NCBI GenBank assembly: GCA_030264375.1
Contig: JASCQW010000146.1
Location: forward strand, 26,798,570-26,862,569
Direction of reading: 5' to 3'
Source: Carcharhinus longimanus
Lineage: Eukaryota
DNA length: 64,000 nucleotides
Both the position numbers and the translations under genes were made by a program. Positions 52,201 to 64,000 of this stretch are shown in pieces (position 1 is the stretch's first letter; each line of letters starts with the position of its first letter). The notes under the pieces are model-generated. The model searched no databases. It saw nothing but the letters and a program-made list of their open reading frames with translations, and was not told the origin of the DNA.

Positions 52201-52939
52201 CACCAACCTTCTACACTTGCCATGTAAGATTGTGTAAAGGCCAAAAATCATAATAGTACATAGAATATGCATTTGGGTTTAGAAAGATAACCACTGATGT
52301 GTTTGAAGTTATCCATGGTGATTGGCTCCACAGGGGCTAGGGTGCATCGTGGACAATGATAACGACATTATGATTTAATGTTAAACATTACCTTCCTTTT
52401 TAATAGTTTATTTGTTTTATTAGTTAAAAGGGGGAGTTTTTTGTTTGTTTTTCTGTTCGGTGATGCTGGAGCTGAACTAGAATCTCTTTGTTAGTTTATT
52501 GAAAAAAAAACTTTCAGAAAAGTTTATTTAGACTCTCCAGCACAAAAACACCATTTGGCCCTATTGATCTGTGTTTATACTCTAATTATGTAATCCTACA
52601 CTGCCCTGTCCCCAATACACTATTCCTTTCATTCTCAAACCACTCCTTAATTACATCAATGCTAGCTGCTTCAATACTGCAGGAAAGGATGCCCCAATGT
52701 GCAGTACTTTGGTGAGACTATGCAGACATTATGACAACAGATGAACGGACAGTGTGCAACAATCGTCAGGTAGGAGTGTTCCCTTCCAGTCAGGGAACAC
52801 TTCAGTATTTAGCCTCCGATTTTCGGGTCAGTGTTCTCCAAGACAGCCTTCAAGACACGCAACAACACAATGTTCACCAGACAAACCTCTGGCTTGGCAG
52901 GATTGTCTTGTGAAGAGAGATTGTGGAAACTGGACCTAC

Positions 52940-54125
52940 GTTAGAAAAATGAGAGGTGATCTTATTGAAGTGGACAAAATTCTTACAGTGCTCAACAGGG
53001 TAGATACAGGAAGAATATTTCCCCTGGCAAGGGGTTCTAAAATGAGGGAACACAGTCTCAGAAGAAGTGGTAGACCAATTAGAACTAGGATAATGAATTT
53101 TTGGAATTCTTTAACCCAGAAGGCTGTGGAGATTCAGTCAGTGGAGGTGATCTTGAGCCTACACTTGCCGTTCGTGCAAATGCCGGCAGAGGCTCAAGAT
53201 CCAGAAGTTGCAGTTCTCACCTGCAACGTTATGATTTTGGATCTTCCCCATTGCCTACTGGGTGACATGAACCTGTTTTCCATGCACTTGCATAGATTTT
53301 AATATAATTAATCTGCACCTTTGCTAGATATTGATCCCCCCACCAAGCGACATGATGTCACATCAATGTGGTTTACAACAGGTTCACCTAGAAGTGAACC
53401 TGTCGTGGTGATCTCCCTGGGAGCACAAAGGGAGATATAGATCCCAAGGTGGGGAGGGACATGGCCAGACAGTGGTGGGGGGGCTTCATTTAGATGTATT
53501 AGTGGCTGGGAATTTACAGAGGAGCTGGGGATGCCAACGATGGCTGTTACAGGAACGGGGACTAGTGGAGGTGGGTGCTGACTCAGACAGGTGGTGGGGG
53601 AAGGGGAGGGGGAGAAGGGGTTGATGATCACGTGGGAAGGAAGTGATTTTTGGGTATTGGGTAGAAAGATGCCAACTTCAATCGGGGAATCCCTGTGGAG
53701 GGTGGGAAGGAGTAGCCTCTGGGACCTTCATGATGGGTTGGGGGTGATTGGAGTACCCTTTAAAGATGGCATCCCCATTTCTGTACAGCCATGTTTTGCC
53801 AACATGTTGAGGCTTTACCCACCTGTGTGACTTTGTGAAACATGCGGCTTTGCATTTTTTTTTGGCAGATTGTCATGAGACTAGGAGACTAAACCACCCT
53901 ATTTCTCTAAAGAGAAACACACCGGTTTTCTCGCTGGAAACAACACTCAACCATTGTTTGGTAAGACCCAGCCCAAAGAGAGGCTGATGGATTTCTAGAT
54001 ACCACTGACATCAAAGGATAAAGGAAGAGTGCAGGAGTATGAGGTAGAAGATCGGCCATGATGCAGTTAAATTTCAGAGCAGGTCAGGGGGCTGAATGAC
54101 CTACTCCTACTCCAATGTTCCTATT
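52940..54125 (+). mobile_element. CR1 3' end interrupted by a Harbinger-like non-autonomous element (~53146-53974)
   Basis: MRGDLIEVDKIL..NFWNSLTQKAVE is interrupted at 53145 and the CR1 tail resumes at ~53975. The insert ends in aagacccagccc and begins with a gatcttgagcct..aggctcaagatc hairpin. Confidence 0.55.
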
Positions 54126-54129
54126 TTTC

Positions 54130-55185
54130 CCTATATCTTCCAAAAAGTAAGGATTTTATTTCTCCTTATTCCTGCTACCAAAATGAATCAGAATTGAATT
54201 TCATTCGTCATTTATTTGCCCATTCAACAGGCATATTTAAGTCTTCCTCTATTCCACACAATTAACTATCTTACAAGTTAGTAAAATCTGCAAACTTTGG
54301 TCCAATGCCCCCAATTTATGGGCCAACATTATTTATATAAATGCTGATCAAAGGTTGCCCCAGCACAGATCACATTTCCCTTTTTTTGCCAATCTAAAAC
54401 GCTTCCTTCACTTCCACCCCATATTTTCTGTTTTGTACTCATCTTTCAATCCATTCTGTCATCCGATCTCTCACTTCGCATGCCCTGACCTCTGCAGTGA
54501 GTTTCTTATGTAACACCTTAACAAAGGGCTTCTGAAAGTCGATGTTTACAAAATCCACTGCATTGTCCTTCTCTAGTCTTTTTGTTATTTCTGCAGAGCA
54601 TCTGAAAGAGGTTGGTTTAATGTGACCTTCCCTTTTGTAAACTAAGCTGATTTTTTTAATTATATACATCTAGTTGTGTTGTTGTCTGATTGTTAAACAA
54701 AGATTCTAGTATTTTTCCAACTATTGATGTTAAACTAAGTAGTCGGTATTCCCTGGGTTAGTTTTACTTTCTTTAAAGACAGCAATTACAGTTTTGCTGA
54801 CACTTTTCTTTTTTTCATATACAGATATTTGTGTCACTGCTGCTTCATCCTTGGTTCCTTTAGATATCCATGGATGCAATCTATCTGATTCCAGATTATT
54901 CTCCTTAAATTTGACGTGTTTGTTTATTACCACCTTTCTTATCTTAACTGTTGTAATTAAACCCCTTGACTTCTGCTGCTATCATTTCCACTTTGGTAAC
55001 TTTTTTGGTGAAAACTGAGACAAAGGCCCCGAGTTGTAATTGGAGTGGTGTTGGGTTGGGAGACCTGGGGGAAGTTGCACTGTGTCATCGAGTCATAGGG
55101 TTTTATAAGAACATAAGAAATAGGAGCAGGAGTAGGCCATCTAGCCCTTCGAGCCTGCCCCGCCATTCAATAAGATCATGGCTAC
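54130..55185 (-). mobile_element. Old CR1 RT fragment plus young CR1 tail (55106-55185)
   Basis: AVDFVNIDFQKPFVKVLHKKL; KTNPGN; aagaacataagaaataggagcaggagtaggcc. Confidence 0.75.
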
Positions 55186-55992
55186 ATATGGACATGGACT
55201 GCTCCAGTATCTGAGGAGTTGTGAATGCTAGTGAACACTGCACATTTACAATCCTCATGGAGACTACTAATGTAAGAAGAATTAACTTCTCAGACAATCC
55301 CAATGGAAGAAACAAATGGTCAAGATTTCACTAAAAAATCCTGATTGTAACAGCCAAACCAAATATCAACAAAAATTTAACATGAATAACGGGCAAATTG
55401 TATTCAATAGGAGCTATAAATTACACTTTAAATAGCCGATACAACAAAATTAAATCCCTCAGATATCTTACTTAGAGATATTTCAGTACTTCCAGCACAT
55501 ACTTGGCACCCATGCAGCCTAAGTTTGTTTCATAATTCTATCTTTCCCCAGTAGAGTTCACCCACTCTGTCACAGTGGATAGCCTCTGACAACAACCAGG
55601 AATTCCAATTAAAATACTCCTCCCAGAAGCCTAGACTTTAGCTTTTAATTCAGTCTCAAAAAATTGCAGGCTTTAAAACCATTTCACCACCTCAATCATT
55701 GGCAAACAGTCACACATCTGACCTTATGATGGAGGGGAGGTCATAGATGAAACAGCTGAAGATGATAGGGTCTAAATGCTACCCTGAGGAATTAACCTGC
55801 AGCTTTTGACTTTGAGACTTTGAATCAGATTCCTTGTGTGGTGTTTCCTTTGCAATTGTTTGTTATTTAACTTTTAGCAGACTTATCAGAAATTTCAGTT
55901 CTCACATATTAATTTAGTGAACTGACGAGTAAACGAAGCAGTTTAACTGTGTTCAGTATGGATGGGTGACACACTGTCTCTATTCAACACAG

Positions 55993-56174
55993 CTTCAGTG
56001 GCTCCTCGATAACTATGAAACTGCTGAGGGAGTTAGCCTCCCCCGGAGTTCCCTCTACAACCATTACCTACGGCACTGTCAAGAACAGAAGCTCGATCCC
56101 GTCAATGCAGCTTCTTTTGGCAAACTGATTCGTTCTGTGTTCATGGGGCTGAGGACCAGAAGACTGGGAACAAG
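55993..56174 (+). CDS. RFX2: RFX2-like internal exon, winged-helix DNA-binding domain part 1
   Basis: acacag|[60 protein letters not shown](R)|gtcagg; 182 nt. RSSLYNH and RSVF favour RFX2 over RFX1/RFX3. Confidence 0.93.
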
Positions 56175-56722
56175 GTCAGGGTAAAAAAAGTTTGCTCGTC
56201 AATATAAATGCACATTAGAAATAGTTTTGTTTTAACATGGCCTGCAGTGAAACTTATCCCATGGCAACATTGTTGAGGCCGGAGTTGCTTTAGTGCTCTG
56301 GACCTAATAAACAGCAAGCGCCAGACTTGAATGCAAGTAATATAGATATTTTTGATTTCCTTTGACGTCTTAGTTTGAACATTAGCCTTGAAGGAGTGTG
56401 CTAATACTTCACAGAACTTAAAACTTGAAGTCACTATTTATGCCACGGCACAGCAGGTTGGCTGAAATTTTGGACACAAAAATTAATTGGCTGTGCTTAA
56501 TTGGGAATATTGCAAACTCATTTGTCAAGAATTTATTTGGTTTAAAACCAGTATTCCTACTGCAATGACATATTCGATGCATATTTACAGAATGAAAATT
56601 AATCTTTTGTATATTTTCCACTTATTTGAAATAGTCATTGCAATATTTTAGTTGTTCTCAGTGCCATTCACTGTTTATTCCTTCAGCCATCTTTAGGTTT
56701 ATACAATTTTCCTGTGTTTCAG

Positions 56723-56842
56723 GGGAAATTCGAAGTATCATTACTATGGGATTCGTCTAAAGCCAGATTCACCGTTGAACCGTTTACAAGAGGATATGCA
56801 GTACATGGCAATGCGGCAACAACCAGTGCATCAGAAACAGAG
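56723..56842 (+). CDS. RFX2: RFX2-like internal exon, DBD end
   Basis: tttcag|GNSKYHYYGIRLKPDSPLNRLQEDMQYMAMRQQPVHQKQ(R)|gtacaa; 120 nt, phase 2-2, in frame with the previous exon. Confidence 0.93.
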
Positions 56843-56869
56843 GTACAATCCTCACATCCCACCACCTTA

Positions 56870-56870
56870 T

Positions 56871-56901
<31 letters not shown>

Positions 56902-56993
56902 CACATAACACATACAATATACACTTGAACACACATAGATATATACACACACATACCAATATATACACACATTCACAGATATACATACGCACA

Positions 56994-57035
<42 letters not shown>
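56870..57035. repeat. Compound (CA)n/(TA)n microsatellite
   Basis: Direct observation. Confidence 0.95.
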
Positions 57036-57037
<2 letters not shown>

Positions 57038-57050
57038 TATAAACATACAG

Positions 57051-57397
57051 CTGGGTGGCACAAGTGGTTAGCACTGCTCCCTCACAGCTCCAGGGACCTG
57101 GATTCGATTCCCGGCTCAGGTCCCTGTCTGTGTGGAGTTTGCACATTCTCCCCGTGCCTGTGTGAGTTTCCTCTGGATAGTCTGGTTTCCTCCCACAGTC
57201 CAAAGATTAGGGTTAGGTTGATTGGCCATGATAAAATTGCCCCTTAGTTTCCTGAGATGCCTAGGTTAGAGGGATTAGTGAATAAAATATGTAGGGATAT
57301 GGTGGTGGTAGTGCCTGAGTGGGATTGTGGTCGGTACTGACTTGATGGGTCAAATGGACTCTTTCTGCACTGCAGGGTTCTATGATTCTATGACTCT
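57051..57397 (+). mobile_element. Full-length HE1-like tRNA SINE
   Basis: Head gtggcacaagtggttagcactgct..ggattcgattcc, conserved body, and (ctatgatt)n tail shared with CR1. Confidence 0.9.
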
Positions 57398-57699
57398 GAA
57401 TAATAGTCAGTACTGATTGACTGAACCCGTATCATATGTTTGAAATGGTGTTAACCTCTTTCAGTAGTTCAGTTGTAAAGAATCAAATCAATCTTTCTTT
57501 TGATGGTCATTTTATAGACTTAAAAATGTCTGAGAAACAGTTTGGCTTGGCAATGTTTATAATTGTAAATGGCTTTTTATGTAATAAACCTTATAGCTTT
57601 AATTATTTTCATTTTAATTGGCCATTTCAGCTAAAGTGTACCTTTATCTTGTACCTTCATATAGTTTCCTTTTTGTAAGTTTGCTGCTTTTCTCTTTAG

Positions 57700-57824
57700 G
57701 TTTAAACCTATGCAGAAGTTGGATGGTGTAGGAGACAATATGCCTGGAAATGGACAACACGCAGCTCCAACAACCCCGGAGCAATCTGTAGCTGCACAGA
57801 GCCAGCACCACCAGCAATTTCTTG
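57700..57824 (+). CDS. RFX2: RFX2-like internal exon
   Basis: ctctttag|FKPMQKLDGVGDNMPGNGQHAAPTTPEQSVAAQSQHHQQFL+G|gtcagt; 125 nt. Matches the RFX2/3 QSQHHQQ region. Confidence 0.9.
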
Positions 57825-58337
57825 GTCAGTCAATTAATCTTATACTGTTAGTTTCAGAGGGACCTAATCCTCTCCAGGTTATCAGGAACCTCATTTTAAC
57901 TGTGTCAGGTTTCCAACATCATAGAAACACTACAGAGTGCTCCACCATTATGCGGTTCTGCTTATCCTTGTCACTCCAGTTCTTTCCTCATGTAATTGGC
58001 TTTCACCAGCTGTTTTTCCAACTCTCTCTGGCTTACCTTTATTGCTTGACATGCATTAGCATTGGTTTAAATTTTTTGGATATAATCACAGATTCAAACC
58101 TAAACTGAAATGTGTCGAAAGGTTTGTGATATGCTCAAGGGTCAATGATACTTTGAGCTAAAATGCATCACGTAATGTTGTGTATCTTGTAGCAAACTTG
58201 ACACACTGCTGACCAGTCCGGCTGAGTATGGCACCTGCAGGGCCAGTGCAGATACCACTAGGATTGAAGTGATTGTGCATGTGTAAAACATACTTGTATG
58301 TCTCTAAACATTTTAAAATTATTGTTGTTCACAATAG

Positions 58338-58456
58338 ATATGTCTCGTGCACTGCCAGAGTTTATTGATGCAGAGATTGGTAGCTGTCCTTTGCCAGAGG
58401 ATATCACACTGAATGAAGTGAAGACACTACAGACATTGTACAGAGAGCACTGTGAG
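58338..58456 (+). CDS. RFX2: RFX2-like internal exon (start of B/C region)
   Basis: caatag|(D)MSRALPEFIDAEIGSCPLPEDITLNEVKTLQTLYREHCE|gtgaga; 119 nt, phase-consistent. Not shown in the ORF track. Confidence 0.9.
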
Positions 58457-58837
58457 GTGAGATGGACTGAGTGATGGGAGGTTGGGGTGAATGGTTCAGG
58501 AGAGGTGGCTGCTTCAAATCAAGCCCTACATCACCTTGCCTTTCTCGGATCCGTACTGTGCTTCTTATATTGTGTTCTTGTACTGTCTAATTCCCTGTCT
58601 TCTCAGGGATACTGGGTTCTGCTGAATCTTGTATTTATTTATGCCTTATCATGTGGAGAATCCTTTCCTTGGCACAGCTTAGTGAAAAAAATGTATCTCT
58701 CCATGTTGCTCAGCTTGAACAAACCCTGTAGTTTGAAGTTCATTACTGGTAGATCCCACTAATGAAGGGATATTTTTATTGTTTTGCAATCACAGGAAGA
58801 TCGAGCCTTTCTAATATCTCTAATATATCAATTTCTT

Positions 58838-59132
58838 GCATAAGAACATAAGAAGTAGGAGCAGGAGTAGGCCATCTAGCCCTTCGAGCCTNNNNNNNNN
58901 NNNNNNNNNNNNNNNNNNNNNNNNNNNNNNNNNNNNNNNNNNNNNNNNNNNNNNNNNNNNNNNNNNNNNNNNNNNNNNNNNNNNNNNNNNNTTTATTCAG
59001 CCTCTCCTCATAGCTCAACCCCCTCAACTCCGGTATCAGCCTAGTAAACCTCCTCTGCACACCCTCCAGGGCCAAAATATCCTTGCGTAAGTACGGCGAC
59101 CAAAACTGCACACAGTACTCCAGCTGCGGCCT
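58838..59132 (-). mobile_element. Young CR1 3' fragment spanning a gap
   Basis: QFWSPYLRKDILALEGVQRRFTRLIPELRGLSYEERL. Confidence 0.9.
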
Positions 59133-61058
59133 TTACAGCACAGAAAGAGGCCCTTCGGCTCAGTGTGTCTGCACTAGCCACCAAGCACCTATCTATTATA
59201 ATCCCATTCTCCAGTTCTTAGTCCATAGCCTTCTATGCTGTGGTGCTCATCTAAATGCTCCTTAAATGTTGTGAGGGTTCTGATCTCTACAATCCTTTCA
59301 GGCAGCAAGTTTCAAACTTCCACCACTCTTTGGGTGAAAGAGATTTTACTCAAATTCCCTCTTAAATCGCCTGCCTCTTACCTTAAATCTATGCCTCCTG
59401 GTTATTGATCCCTCTGCTAAGGGGAAAAGTTTCTTTCAACCAGCCTAGCTATGTCCCTTCTAATTTTGTACCCTTCAATCTGGTGCTCCCTCAGCCTTCT
59501 CTGTTCTAAGGACAACAGACTAGCCAGCCTTTCTTCTTAGCTGAAATGCTCCAGCCCAAGGAATGGTGAGTCTCCTCTGCATCTTTCTAGTGCAATCACA
59601 TCTTTCCTATAGTGTGGTGACCAGAACTACATACAGTTCTCTGGCTGTGGCCAAACAAGGCTTTTATTTAGTTCCATCATAACCTTCCTGCTCTTCTATT
59701 CTATGTCTTGACTAATAAAGGCACATATATCATATGCTTTCTTAATCATCTTATCTACCTATCCTGCTGTCTTCAGGGATCTTTGGACATGCACCCTCTG
59801 GTCCTTCATACCTCCTAGTGCCCTACCATTCATTGTTTATGCCCTTGCAGATAATACTCCCAAAATGTGACACCTTAGATTTTGTGGTATTTCATAAGGT
59901 TACATCTCGGTTTGGCATTGAAGCTGTGATAATGGGCATGATGTGGACACAAATGAGCAATTTCAACTGCAGCCCTTAAAGGGTCAATTCAAAGATGAAA
60001 TTTGGAGGAGTTAGTTGCAGTAAGGTGAGAGAGAGAAGTGTTGTAATGGATTCTGAATGGCCGATGGCTGTATCAAACTTTAATGGCACAGCACTTAATA
60101 CACTGCTGGGTGCAGTGACAAAAAGAGAGAGATTCTGGCCCAGCAATGAGAAGAAACTGACTACTGCAACCGAACGCAGCATGTCTGGAAGCAATGTGTC
60201 ACATTCAGTATTAATGGCAGGAAGAGCTTTAATATATTAACCAGACTAAGAAAGGTGAGTACAGAGTTGCACTTTCACCCCTATCCTGTTGTGCATTNNN
60301 NNNNNNNNNNNNNNNNNNNNNNNNNNNNNNNNNNNNNNNNNNNTCAAGTGCACACATCCAATTATTTCTAAGCACTTCCTCATGCCTCCATCTACTCATC
60401 TATGACTGCAACTTACCCTGATCTTTATGCATTTTGATATCTGTCCCCAGTAGTCACCCGCACCAAATTCACTGCATCCATGAAAACATGCCACTACAGT
60501 CAATAATAGGTCTGTTTAATCCCCATTGCAGGTTAAGCGAGCAGAGAATGCAAGAAATGGGCAGAGGACCAAAAGTGGTGCTTCACAGCTTGATCAGTTG
60601 ACAGGGTTCAGAGGAAGAAGTGAANNNNNNNNNNCCCTAACCAGTGGGGAGGAAGAGACAGGGACATTACAGGCATCTGGTGATAGAATTAAATATCAAT
60701 AATTTTCATGTCATATAATACTTGGTCATATTGACTTCATTTCAGCAGCGAGTGAAATATTATCATTTTCATAACATTGCAACATTTTTATCTTGCAATA
60801 CTAATTCGTATCTTTTCTGTCTGACAGGGTCCTCAAGTGTACAGCTGCAATTGGTGGAGCTTCCAAATGGCGAATACTCAGAAGAACCCATTCTTTGCAT
60901 GGTATCAAAGAATTCATATTTCATATGCCCCAGTGTAGATACATGCATCCCAGGTCCAGTTAAGTAGTTAGATGGATTTTCACTTGGTGACTCATCATTC
61001 AGAAGTGAGCAAGAGCAGAGACTGCAATCCTCTCCAAGCTCTGCTCAGATGCTGAATA
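59133..61058. mobile_element. Composite repeat copy B: CR1 3' fragment (-) plus Harbinger Myb/SANT remnant (+), uninterrupted
   Basis: Colinear with 23761-25347 joined to 30248-30492. Confidence 0.78.
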
Positions 61059-62339
61059 CTGGGGCCATTGACAAATGGGATATACCATTTCGATGGCAAG
61101 AAAGCTGCAAAGGTACTGATAGTTCTTCCACACAAACTGTTCATGCTTGCAGAGAGAATGGAGAAATATCATAGGAAGAATTTATGTGTTTTCTTACAGC
61201 TTGTGAACAATATGTTTCACATGTATGGTGTGTGCATTTTCTATCCCTGAGTGAATGTCCCAATTTAAATAATTCCAGCAGCCAGCTTTTTTGTGAGATT
61301 TAAAATTAAAAAACAATTATTATTCCACACTTGCCCTGGAGGTTTCAAAATACATACATATATACCTCACAGACATTATCACTCACAGGAAGGTTAGATA
61401 CAATTGAAGAAAAAATTACAAAGTATACTTGTCTCAGGTTCTCTTTCATGGCAGGCCTGTAGTTTTTTTAGATGAGTTGATGCTTTTTGTTGAAGTGATT
61501 ATCTTATAAATAGAGGATTCTCCCCTACCTGAAAGATTTGACATCATTTGCATTCAACAGTGTTCATTTGTACTCAATCTGATATTAACACACTCACTGA
61601 TCTCAGTTGTGCTCAAGAGCAATCATTTAGTTATCAATTAACATCAGTTGCACTCAAAACCAACCATTTAACATTATATGGACCACAACTGACATCAATG
61701 TAATCAACTGCCCCAAACCACAGCATTCAAACATTTGCAATTAGCAACATCACTTAAGCATTTGAACAGCAGAAATGATTGTAGAATGTATTTTACATAT
61801 TTATGAATTTTAGTAGCATCAAACATCATAAAACTGAGCTACTTTAGAAAAAGGTATCTTTATGTTTTGCTTCATAATCTATAATATGTGCAGTACAACC
61901 CTGCCCACTGCCCATATGCACCCTATCCTTCCCGGAGCCAATCCCCCCGACCCCCGCCCCCCCCCCCTCCCCACAAAACCCCCATATTTCAGATGTTCTC
62001 TCCACAACAGAGTAATTTTCTTCCCACCACCCTGCCAAACAATTTTTGTCCCACCTAGCAATTTTATTCCACAACCTCTCCTCCTCTTCTGCCCCTTAAA
62101 CTCCCCAGAACAATTTTCTTCCACTACCCCAAAAAAATTTTACAAAACTTTTCAGGTAGGGTGACATAAGGCAGCATTAGGTCATATGATGAAAAACTTG
62201 GTCAAAGAAGTTAAATGGGATTTTAAAAATCAGGGAAAATAACAGACACCCTCCCCCCAAACTGCAGGGTTTCTCCTCCTCTTCTCCATTCTCTAATATT
62301 ATTTATGTAATTAATGTCCTTGCATTTTTCAGTGCAGGT

Positions 62340-64000
62340 TGCTGAATGCATTCATGGCTTTGAGTACATTGCATAGCTTTGAGCATGCTCGAAAGTTTTG
62401 AGCGCGCATGGCTATAGCTTTGAGTGCACTTGTTGGCTTTGAGTGCACTATCAAATTTGATATTAAATTCATTCCAAATTATATTTACTAGTGTCAAATT
62501 GTAATTGAGAGGATTGAGTAGATAGCATGTTCAGTGAATTGGTCACACCGCAAGTAAAAGTTAGTGAGGGAGATAGGGAATGGGTGACTACCAGACAGAG
62601 GAAGAGTACGAAGGAGTGCAGGTGTCCCCTGTGGTCATCTCCCTCCAAAACAGATATACCATTTTACAGACTGTTGGGGGAGATGGCTCACCAGGGGAAG
62701 GTGGCATCAGCAAGGTTCATGGCACCGTGGCTGACTCTGCCTTAGAGGAGGACAGGAAAAAGAGTGACAGAACTATAGTGATAAGGGGACTCAATTGTAA
62801 GGGGAATGGACAGACATTTCTGCAGACACAAACGAGACTCCAGGATGTTATGTTACCTCCCTGGTGCAAGGGTCAAAGATGTCTTGGAGTGGCTGTAGGG
62901 CATCCTGAAGGGACAGGGTGAACAGTCAGCTGCTGTGGTGCATTAAACGCACCAACAATATAGGTAAAAAATGGAATCAGCTCCTACAAGCTGAATTTAG
63001 GCAGTTTAAGAGTTAAACTAAAAAGTAGGACCTGAAAGGTAGTAATCTCAGGATTCTTACCAATGCCACATGCTAGTCAGAGTAGAAATGTCAGGATAGC
63101 TAAGATGAATATGTGGCTTGAGGGAGGGATTCAAATTCCTGGGATTTTGGAACCGGTTCTGAGGGAGATGGGATCGGTACACATCAGTCGGTCTGCACCT
63201 GAGCAGAACTGGAACCAATGTCCAAGGGAGGGTGTTTACTAGTGCTGTTGGGGAGGGTTTAAATTAATGTCGGCAAGGGAATGGGAACTGATGCAGGAAG
63301 TCAGAGGGAAATAAATTGGGGACAGAAGCAAAAGGCAGTAAGGGGAAAAGTGGAAGGCAGAGAAATCAAAAACAAAAATCAAAAATGGACCACAGTACAG
63401 AGTACGGCCATTGTAGAGAACTCAAAGAATGGGTCCAGTAAGCCTAAGAGAAATAAAATGCAGAGAGAGTGTACAAAACATGACAGGACAGATGGTCTGA
63501 GCTATATTTGCTTTAACACAAGGAGTATGGCAGCTAAGGTAATGAACTTAAAGCTTGGATTACTACATGGAACTACGATGTTGTGGCAATTGAGGAGGCT
63601 TGGATGAAAGAAGGGCAGGACTGGCAGCTTAGCATTCCAGGATTTAGATGCTTCAGGCAAGATAGAAAGGATGACAAAAGAAGTGGGGGTGTTGCTTTAC
63701 TGTTTATGTAGAATGTAAAAGTTATACAGAGGGAGGATACCTTGTGAGATCATGCAGTGAGGCCATATGGATAGGATTCAGGAAAGGTGTGGTGCAATCA
63801 CACTGTTGGGGTTGTACTACAGACCTCCCAACAGCCAGCACAAAGTGAAGGAACTGATGTGTCAGCAGATTATGGGAAGATGCAAAAACAACAGGGTTAT
63901 TGTGATGGGCAATTTTAACTTCCCCAATATAAACTGGGATTCCTTTAGTGCCAGGGGCTTGGGCGAGGCAGAATTTGTTCAGTGTGTCCAAGAGAGCTTC
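62340..64000 (+). mobile_element. CR1 LINE 5' part: 5' short repeats, ORF1 (esterase-type) and start of ORF2 (APE endonuclease), degenerate, runs off window
   Basis: ~20-bp gctttgagtgcac repeats at 62355-62450. ORF1 motifs ISLQNRYTIL and IVI.G. ORF2 YICFNTRSM, tactacagacctccc (YYRPP), GNFNFPNINW; multiple frameshifts. Confidence 0.88.

Noticed and set aside
57051-57125. tRNA gene
   Set aside because: The tRNA-like A/B boxes are the head of an HE1-type SINE and continue into the SINE body.
56719-57203. Cys/Val- and His/Thr-rich ORFs
   Set aside because: Translations of the (CA)n microsatellite and SINE.
62500-64000. Intact active LINE
   Set aside because: ORF1 and ORF2 contain several frameshifts and stops.

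Overview
This is eukaryotic, AT-rich, CpG-depleted vertebrate DNA with 10 N-gaps. The repeat content (HE1-like tRNA SINEs, a SacSINE1/Deu-like SINE, CR1, Rex1/Babar, RTE and L2-like LINEs, Penelope-like hairpins, Harbinger remnants) points to a shark or other cartilaginous fish. Two host genes are visible. (1) On the minus strand is the variable 5' region of a spectraplakin (MACF1 favoured, DST possible). It has a CpG-island first exon MAGYVPGQIPTTFAEEKEYVQAYEDVLERYK (49834-49741) and a plectin-1e-like first exon MKSYQTFLNEIATLK (2009-1964), plus several weaker candidate phase-1 first exons; the shared downstream exon (DERD...QKKTFTKW) is not in the window. (2) On the plus strand are four intact, in-frame internal exons of an RFX2-like transcription factor (55993-58456), including the DNA-binding domain. 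The oddest feature is that the RFX exons start only ~6 kb from the spectraplakin promoter, head-to-head, and I cannot find any RFX 5' exons. This suggests a rearrangement, nested or partial gene, or chimeric assembly. Other notable structures are a 41-bp CCAAT-containing minisatellite abutting the promoter, a duplicated CR1+Harbinger-Myb composite present on both sides of the junction (one copy split by a ~4.9-kb Harbinger-like insertion), and a 58-bp hAT relic with an 8-bp target-site duplication. There is no CRISPR, rRNA or intact tRNA gene. Most ORF-track entries are TE fragments, gap artefacts or noise. Gene and repeat family names come from recalled sequences, not database searches.
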